35,409 nucleotides of DNA, taken from IMG/VR virus record IMGVR_UViG_3300035703_000247, positions 1-35,409 of that record. One strand, given 5' to 3'. This DNA is from a virus (taxonomy: Duplodnaviria; Caudoviricetes). The notes below the pieces were generated by a model that was given only the letters and a program-made list of their open reading frames with translations, did no database searches and was not told the DNA's origin. The translations under genes and the position numbers were made by a program. Below, piece after piece: positions 30,404 through 35,409 of the stretch (position 1 is its first letter; every line of letters begins with the position of its first letter).

Positions 30404-30785
30404 AAGTCCCCATTGGTGAATGTTGGAGCAAAGCACAGCCTATACCGTGGTGCTGCCAAGGTTTCGCCATGCTTGGATGCTGTCCCCATCGGAGCCATGT
30501 CATCGCGTCGCACTGCCCAGACTTGCAGAACTGATGACAGATAACCGCCATCCTTTGTCCCTACCACCCGGCTCTAGGCTTAGCCCACCGCCCCCGCTCT
30601 GGCTTGCTCGTGTCACGGGGTTGTTTAACAGGCCACCACCGACGTACCGCATGGCCTGCGAGCTGGCGTAGGACAAACAAAAAGGCCGTTTACTGCTGCA
30701 CTCGGGTCGCACCCCTTAGGGAAATCCTAAGGGCCAGAATGCATGAGTAAACGGCCTTACTTTGTTGTGTGCGACGACAACGGAA
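30404..30785 (-). ncRNA. Candidate large structured non-coding RNA upstream of the HNH gene
   Basis: No convincing ORF. A 13-bp perfect stem, several hairpins, loop-bulge complementarity and long-range pairings (see findings). Confidence 0.6.
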
Positions 30786-30788
30786 CAG

Positions 30789-30817
30789 ACTTTGCCCAAA
30801 AAAAAGCCCCCTGTCAA
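30789..30817 (-). promoter_or_regulatory. Candidate sigma-70 promoter TTGACA-17 nt-CAAAGT, embedded in the terminator
   Basis: The -35 hexamer lies in the terminator loop; spacing is exactly 17 nt. Confidence 0.5.
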
Positions 30818-30826
30818 GAGGGGGCT
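30798..30826 (-). terminator. Rho-independent terminator after the scaffold gene
   Basis: AGCCCCCT-cttgac-AGGGGGCT followed by a T-run. Confidence 0.85.
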
Positions 30827-30842
30827 AATTCATCCATGGCAA

Positions 30843-31607
30843 TTAATTGTAGAACTTCTCGTAAAGACGCTCAACCTTCTGGCGGTAGCCAGCGTCGGTC
30901 TTGTACTTGGGATCTGCCACCATGGCCTCCAGGTCTTCCTTGGACATGGATTCCTCGGTCTGACCTTTGATGGTGTCCACTGGCACGCGGCCCTCGTAGG
31001 TCTCGCGCAGCTTCATCAGGGCTTTGATGCCCTTGGCGGTGTCTCCCCAGCGGGCGAACTCGTTAAAGTCCTCTTTGCTGAAGATGCCCTTTTGGACAAG
31101 GCCTTTGCCCCAGGTGGCCATGTTGGAGATGATGGCCTTGCTGTTGGGGCCTAGCTCTGCCAGCTCTGCTTCCATGCTGCGCTGGGCTTCCTGCTGCTGC
31201 AGGCCACCCATCTGCACAAACTGGCTAGCTAGCTCATCAAAAGCTTGCTGGCTCAGGCCGTACTTCTGCGCCCAGGAGACATAGGTCTTGGCTAGTGGAT
31301 CGTCCGCAGGGGTTTCCCCGAGGGCGGCAAGGTCGTAGTTGCCCCCTTCAGGGGCTTTGTGCTTACCCGCACGGAACTGTTTTTCCAGCTCCATGTAGGA
31401 CTTGCTGATACCCTCCAGATCTGGCTCTGCCTTGTCCTTGATCCAGAACTTCTCAGGCCAAAAGTCGGGGCGTTCCAGCGGGGTGTCGTCTTCCGTGTTA
31501 GGGGTTTCAACGTGGCTGATGGCGCTTTGCTCTTGGCCCTCGGTTGTCTGCGGCTCCTCTACTTCAGCAGAGGCCAGCAGGCCGGGGTTGTCATTCGCTT
31601 CGCTCAT
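30843..31607 (-). CDS. Capsid scaffolding protein
   Basis: Acidic N-terminus, ERPDFWPEKFW...KSYMELEK, C-terminal DPKY..D..YRQKV; lies between portal and capsid. Confidence 0.85.
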   Translation of the reverse strand: MSEANDNPGLLASAEVEEPQTTEGQEQSAISHVETPNTEDDTPLERPDFWPEKFWIKDKAEPDLEGISKSYMELEKQFRAGKHKAPEGGNYDLAALGETPADDPLAKTYVSWAQKYGLSQQAFDELASQFVQMGGLQQQEAQRSMEAELAELGPNSKAIISNMATWGKGLVQKGIFSKEDFNEFARWGDTAKGIKALMKLRETYEGRVPVDTIKGQTEESMSKEDLEAMVADPKYKTDAGYRQKVERLYEKFYN

Positions 31608-31858
31608 TTAGATCGTGCCTTTTTAATGCGTAGTTCAATGTCGCGGATCACGCTGTTTTGTCCCTCTCGGTACTGTCCCAGCGATGCATCCGCACCGGGT
31701 TGCCAGCATGGACGCTCGAGATAGAACTCTCGCATCCACGCCAACACTTTCTGACCTTCGTCGCTGGCGAACGTACGCGATACCAGCAGGTCAATATCTA
31801 CGGCCCCCGCCTCTTTCTCCTGCGGGGTTGCTTCTTCTAAATCGTCCCATCCACTCAT
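31604..31858 (-). CDS. Small conserved head-module protein (Bbp19-like)
   Basis: TF.SDEGQKVL..M...YREGQNSVIR.I; position between portal and scaffold. Confidence 0.75.
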   Translation of the reverse strand: MSGWDDLEEATPQEKEAGAVDIDLLVSRTFASDEGQKVLAWMREFYLERPCWQPGADASLGQYREGQNSVIRDIELRIKKARSK

Positions 31859-33414
31859 TGCATCTCCATCGGAGCAGCTTCAGCCGGGGCGGCCTGCTGC
31901 TGGGCCATAGCGGCCATCTGGGCCATCTGCTCGGTCATCTGCTTGCGCTCGGCTTGGCTGGTACGCAGCGCAGAGGGAACCCCCAGCTTGTCCGCGATGT
32001 ACTCCAGGGCCTCTCCAGGCTTGATGGCCATCTGACCCTCCGGCCCCAAGCCCTGGGCAATCTGCATGAACTGCAGGATGTTGTTGATCTCATCCATGTT
32101 CTGGGCCATGGCCAGGGGAGACACGGGGGAGACCTTCACTTCCAGGCCGTTGACCCGCAGGGGCAGGTCAATCAGGCCAGCCTCGTCCATGACCTCCAGC
32201 ATCTTGGAGACGATGGGGATCATGGTCTCATTGATCAGGCGGCCAAAGGCAGAACCCAGGTTCTGGGCTAGCTCCTTCATGCGCTCGACAACCTCGGTGG
32301 CAGAGCGGGCGCTCATGTTGTCCGGTGGCAGGGATTCATCCAGCAGCGTGCGCTTGATGTTGGCCCGCATATCGTTGATCACGATCTGGCTGACATCAAA
32401 GTCACCCGAGCGGGGCAGGGGCTTTAAAGCCTCGCCCTGGGGGCCGCCATTGCGGGCCACTGGGATGATGGCACCGGGCATGATCTTGACCGTGGCAGGG
32501 TTCAAAACCCCGTCATCAGCCGCCGTGTAGACCCCGGTGATGGCCAGGGCTGCGTTCTTGAGCAGCAGCTCCAGCGTCTTGTTCAGGGTCTTGATGTCCG
32601 GCAGGGCGGTGATCACAGGGCCACGGCCATAGATCTCGCCAGCCACCTTCATGTAGCGGCTGATCACCCAGGGGCTGGTCTTCTTGGTGCGGTACACCAG
32701 CTCAGACTTGCTCTTTTCATGAATGACGTAATAGCCGAACTTGCCCGTCTGGTAGTCGTAGACGGTGGCCTCCACCAGATCAACCTCGGCGGTGGGCTTG
32801 TCGTCGATCTGCTTTTGCAGCTCATCGGGGATCTTGGCATCCTTCCACTGCTGGGCAATGGCCTCGCCCTTTAGGCGCATCTTGCGGTAGACGTTGTCTA
32901 CTTGGCCGTTAGCGCCTTCCTCGAAAGAGACCAGATACTGCGGGACGGGGATAAAGTTGATGGGGCTGACGGCATCACCGGGCTGCACCAGCATGACAGC
33001 GGTGCCCACGGACAAGTCCAGCAGGAACTCGCCCATGGCGATGTCAAAGTTCGACTGCTTGAGGACAGCGAACATCTTCTCGTTGTACAGATCCAGGGCA
33101 CGCTGGGCCTCGGGGCGGCGCTCCTGCGGGATCTCCGGCCCCGGCTCCAGGCGGCACCACTTGCGCTGGGGCGGGAAGATGCCCGACTGCAGGCGGTTGG
33201 CAAAGCGTTGGGTGCTGTTGATGGCCGTAGAGTCAAAGACCCGGCTCATCTTCTTGCGCCCGCCTACGTTGCTCTCGTAGTCGCCCGTGTACAGGTTGCG
33301 CTGGGGCAGGGCGAACTCGTAGGCATCCTCGTACAGGCTGCGAAAGTCCTCCTTGCGGTTGAGCGCCAGCTTCTGACGGGCCAGAATCTGCTCGACGGTC
33401 AGCTTAGTTGCCAT
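31855..33414 (-). CDS. Portal (head-tail connector) protein
   Basis: 519 aa. FDSTA...FANRLQSG.FPP, GEIYGRGP...ALPDIKTLN, RSATEV.ER. Confidence 0.93.
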   Translation of the reverse strand: MATKLTVEQILARQKLALNRKEDFRSLYEDAYEFALPQRNLYTGDYESNVGGRKKMSRVFDSTAINSTQRFANRLQSGIFPPQRKWCRLEPGPEIPQERRPEAQRALDLYNEKMFAVLKQSNFDIAMGEFLLDLSVGTAVMLVQPGDAVSPINFIPVPQYLVSFEEGANGQVDNVYRKMRLKGEAIAQQWKDAKIPDELQKQIDDKPTAEVDLVEATVYDYQTGKFGYYVIHEKSKSELVYRTKKTSPWVISRYMKVAGEIYGRGPVITALPDIKTLNKTLELLLKNAALAITGVYTAADDGVLNPATVKIMPGAIIPVARNGGPQGEALKPLPRSGDFDVSQIVINDMRANIKRTLLDESLPPDNMSARSATEVVERMKELAQNLGSAFGRLINETMIPIVSKMLEVMDEAGLIDLPLRVNGLEVKVSPVSPLAMAQNMDEINNILQFMQIAQGLGPEGQMAIKPGEALEYIADKLGVPSALRTSQAERKQMTEQMAQMAAMAQQQAAPAEAAPMEMQ

Positions 33415-33733
33415 TTTTCTTCCTTGCTTCGTATCGTTTCAGTAGCGCCCTACCCTTGGCGGCAAGTCGTGCAGCCGATGCTGCAGTGCGGGGAACAGGT
33501 TCACCCCAGGCATTGGCAGCCAGGGCCAGCCGGGTCGGCTCACCGTTAGGCTTTTGCAGCGGGCCACCGGGGTTGGTGTAGAACCGGGTCAGAAAAGAGC
33601 CTTTGCGGCGCATCTTCTCAGGGGTGTCTGCAGCGCCTTTGACCCCAGGCTTGAGGTTAGCCCCCTCCTTGCGCTTGAAATAGCGCCTACCGGCCTCTGT
33701 AAGGCCTCCCTCGGGGTTCTTTAGCTTGCTCAT
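33404..33733 (-). CDS. Basic conserved phage protein (KNPEGGLTEAGR...)
   Basis: Lys/Arg-rich; ATG coupled to the upstream stop. Confidence 0.75.
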   Translation of the reverse strand: MSKLKNPEGGLTEAGRRYFKRKEGANLKPGVKGAADTPEKMRRKGSFLTRFYTNPGGPLQKPNGEPTRLALAANAWGEPVPRTAASAARLAAKGRALLKRYEARKKNGN

Positions 33734-34323
33734 TCGTACCACTCCAGCGTCATAGAGGCAGCATGGGAGGTGCCGTTCACGTTGGTGAGCCTGAAATGGT
33801 AGTTAGTCAGGGGCTTGAGGACGTATTCCAGCGTTGCCGAGTCCCCGCCACCAGACTTCTTGCCCACACCACCGGGCACGATCTGGCCATCCAGCTCAGT
33901 GCCCAGGCTGTTGATCGTCGGGTTGATCACCATGGCGCTCTGGCTAGGGTTGCTAACCGCATAGTTGCGGTTTCGGTTGATCGGCGTGAAGGCTGTGCCG
34001 CCCGTGGTGCTGCTGCCCTCGTACAGATAGAACTCAGCATCACCCTGGCAGAAGGCTTCTACCGAAATATGCGGGAAAACCCCGGCAGGAGAGGCCATCA
34101 CGATGTCAATGCTGGCCAGGGCAGCCAGCTTGCTGGCCACCGGGTACAGCTTGTAGGCAAAGAAGGCCCGCCCGTCATGGTTGCGCTGGTGGTTTACGTC
34201 AACAGTGATCAGCGGAGCGTCAGCCCCGGCCACCACGAACGTGCCAGCGTTGTTCTTCTGGACGGGCGTGACAAACCTGGACTTGGTTGTCAGCGATTCC
34301 AGCTCAATCAGGGTGGTGGCCAT
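33730..34323 (-). CDS. Hypothetical beta-rich protein, possibly structural
   Basis: 197 aa ORF in the late operon. Confidence 0.7.
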   Translation of the reverse strand: MATTLIELESLTTKSRFVTPVQKNNAGTFVVAGADAPLITVDVNHQRNHDGRAFFAYKLYPVASKLAALASIDIVMASPAGVFPHISVEAFCQGDAEFYLYEGSSTTGGTAFTPINRNRNYAVSNPSQSAMVINPTINSLGTELDGQIVPGGVGKKSGGGDSATLEYVLKPLTNYHFRLTNVNGTSHAASMTLEWYE

Positions 34324-34326
34324 GGC

Positions 34327-34482
34327 TTACTTTTTCTTAGGCTTCATGGCCGTCATGGCGGCCTTCTTGAAGGCCTCATCCGTAGGCGCACCGGGAGACC
34401 CAGGCTTTCGCATCTTCTCCTTGGAGCCTTGGGCGATGCGCTCACGCTTGGCGTGAATGTTGGCGTACAGACCGGGCTTCAT
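34327..34482 (-). CDS. Small basic protein, 51 aa (MKPGLYANIHAKRERIAQGSKEKMRKPGSPGAPT...)
   Basis: Translated by hand; widespread phage motif; ATGA coupling. Confidence 0.75.
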   Translation of the reverse strand: MKPGLYANIHAKRERIAQGSKEKMRKPGSPGAPTDEAFKKAAMTAMKPKKK

Positions 34483-34637
34483 TTCTTGACAGCCTTGCGG
34501 GCCTCAGACATGGCAATGGCCACAGCCTGTTGCTGGTTCTTGACCACCGGGCCACCCTTGCCAGAGTGCAGGGTGCCCGCCTTGTATTCGCGCATGACCT
34601 TGGAGACCTTGCGCTGCATCTTTTGCTTGTTGTCCAT
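34479..34637 (-). CDS. Small basic protein, 52 aa (KVSKVMREYKAGTLHSG...QAVAIAMSEA; DUF6496-like)
   Basis: Translated by hand; recognisable motif; coupled to the upstream stop. Confidence 0.75.
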   Translation of the reverse strand: MDNKQKMQRKVSKVMREYKAGTLHSGKGGPVVKNQQQAVAIAMSEARKAVKK

Positions 34638-34903
34638 CACAGCCCCGACCCGAGGGTGCTACGCATGGGCAAGCCTTGCTCGGCATCAGCCCGCTCGGCA
34701 GACAGCAGACCACGCAGGCCACCCCGGCGACGGGCACGGGTAGCGGCCATGGCACGCTCAGCCAGAGCAGTCTGCTCGGCAGCTACGCCAGCCTCTTGTT
34801 TGGCAACCTGGGCCTCTTGCTTGGCCAGTTGCTGACGCTGGATTGTGTTGGCTTCTGCGGCCTGGGCCGCTGCGGCTTTGCTGCCGCTAGACAGGAATGA
34901 CAT
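34637..34903 (-). CDS. Ala/Gln-rich small virion-associated protein
   Basis: 88 aa coiled coil ending RRRGG.R.LLS...TLG, typical of the gene upstream of the portal in this phage type. Confidence 0.7.
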   Translation of the reverse strand: MSFLSSGSKAAAAQAAEANTIQRQQLAKQEAQVAKQEAGVAAEQTALAERAMAATRARRRGGLRGLLSAERADAEQGLPMRSTLGSGL

Positions 34904-34905
34904 GG

Positions 34906-35391
34906 TTAAACCCTCGACATCAGATAAAAATCACTTCCATCTGGGCCGTACCGTCGCATCTTCGCTTCCAGTTCAAACCCAATGGCCTTGGCCCAACGGA
35001 AAGCACGCTGGTCATCACATCTTACGTTTAGCTGCAAGCGCCTCAAATTGCCCGCTATCACTCTGTAATCTCGGTAGGCAATGGCTATTTTGGTCATGGC
35101 AAGCGGGTGCTTCCTGGCTCTTTCCTCCAGAAGACACCACATTTCTTCCAGCCCCTTCCAGATGTTGACCGAGCCAAAGCAGGCCGCCGGGGTGCCATGA
35201 AGCAGGACAGTGATAGCGTGCCCGGTGGCTGCCTGGGCGGCCATCAGACTGGCAAAGTCTAGGTTGTCACGCATGGCTATCGATGACGCATTGCCGATAC
35301 GCATAGTCAATGCGTGTGCTGGGTTGAATGGCACCAGCACAATCCAAGGCGGTAGCTGCGGAAGCAGCTCATCCAAAGATATCGAATTCAC
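34906..35391 (-). CDS. GNAT-fold acetyltransferase-like protein
   Basis: ACFG...IWKG..EMW...LRRLQ..V......A.RWA..IGF..E..MRRYGPDGSD. Follows terL across the contig junction; start uncertain. Confidence 0.75.
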   Translation of the reverse strand: MNSISLDELLPQLPPWIVLVPFNPAHALTMRIGNASSIAMRDNLDFASLMAAQAATGHAITVLLHGTPAACFGSVNIWKGLEEMWCLLEERARKHPLAMTKIAIAYRDYRVIAGNLRRLQLNVRCDDQRAFRWAKAIGFELEAKMRRYGPDGSDFYLMSRV

Positions 35392-35409
35392 TGTTTGCCA
35401 CCGTCTGGG
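35202..35409. repeat. Terminal direct repeat, copy 2
   Basis: Matches 1-208 with one mismatch. Confidence 0.95.

Noticed and set aside
30420-30712. Short ORFs 30500-30712 (-) and 30420-30671 (+)
   Set aside because: No SD, atypical composition, and they overlap extensive base-paired structure that is better explained as RNA.
30056-30785. IscB/HEARO (OMEGA) element or group I intron
   Set aside because: The HNH is only 115 aa with no PLMP or RuvC motifs, the element is intergenic, and I could not find group I P7 core sequences. It is kept as an unassigned RNA candidate instead.

Overview
The window is an apparently complete ~35.2 kb tailed-phage genome. Bases 1-208 repeat at 35202-35409, which fits a circular or permuted assembly. 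The virion module is podovirus-type and resembles HTVC010P/BPP-1-type podophages: TerS/TerL, portal, scaffold, major capsid, tail tubular proteins A/B, three to four ejection proteins, a T7-gp17-type tail fibre, a LamG/SPRY lectin, and a GH19 endolysin with holins and a lipoprotein. There is no phage DNA polymerase, RNA polymerase or recognisable helicase. Replication appears to depend on an HTH initiator whose gene carries an origin (repeats, a perfect DnaA box and an AT-rich tract). A short + strand early operon (serine recombinase, YqaJ exonuclease, RecT-like annealase) diverges from a ribbon-helix-helix regulator. High GC and the accessory gene families suggest a betaproteobacterial host (inference). 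The most unusual element lies between the scaffold and capsid genes: a ~790 bp unit with its own promoter, a ~380 nt densely base-paired non-coding region with loop-bulge and long-range pairings, and a compact HNH nuclease. Other points of interest are a structured capsid leader with repeated internal-loop motifs, a glycosyltransferase-like plus methyltransferase pair inside the virion operon, an ART-like domain on an ejection protein, and an EndoVII-type endonuclease that appears to have duplicated the end of its host gene. All calls come from motif recognition by eye; no database searches were run.
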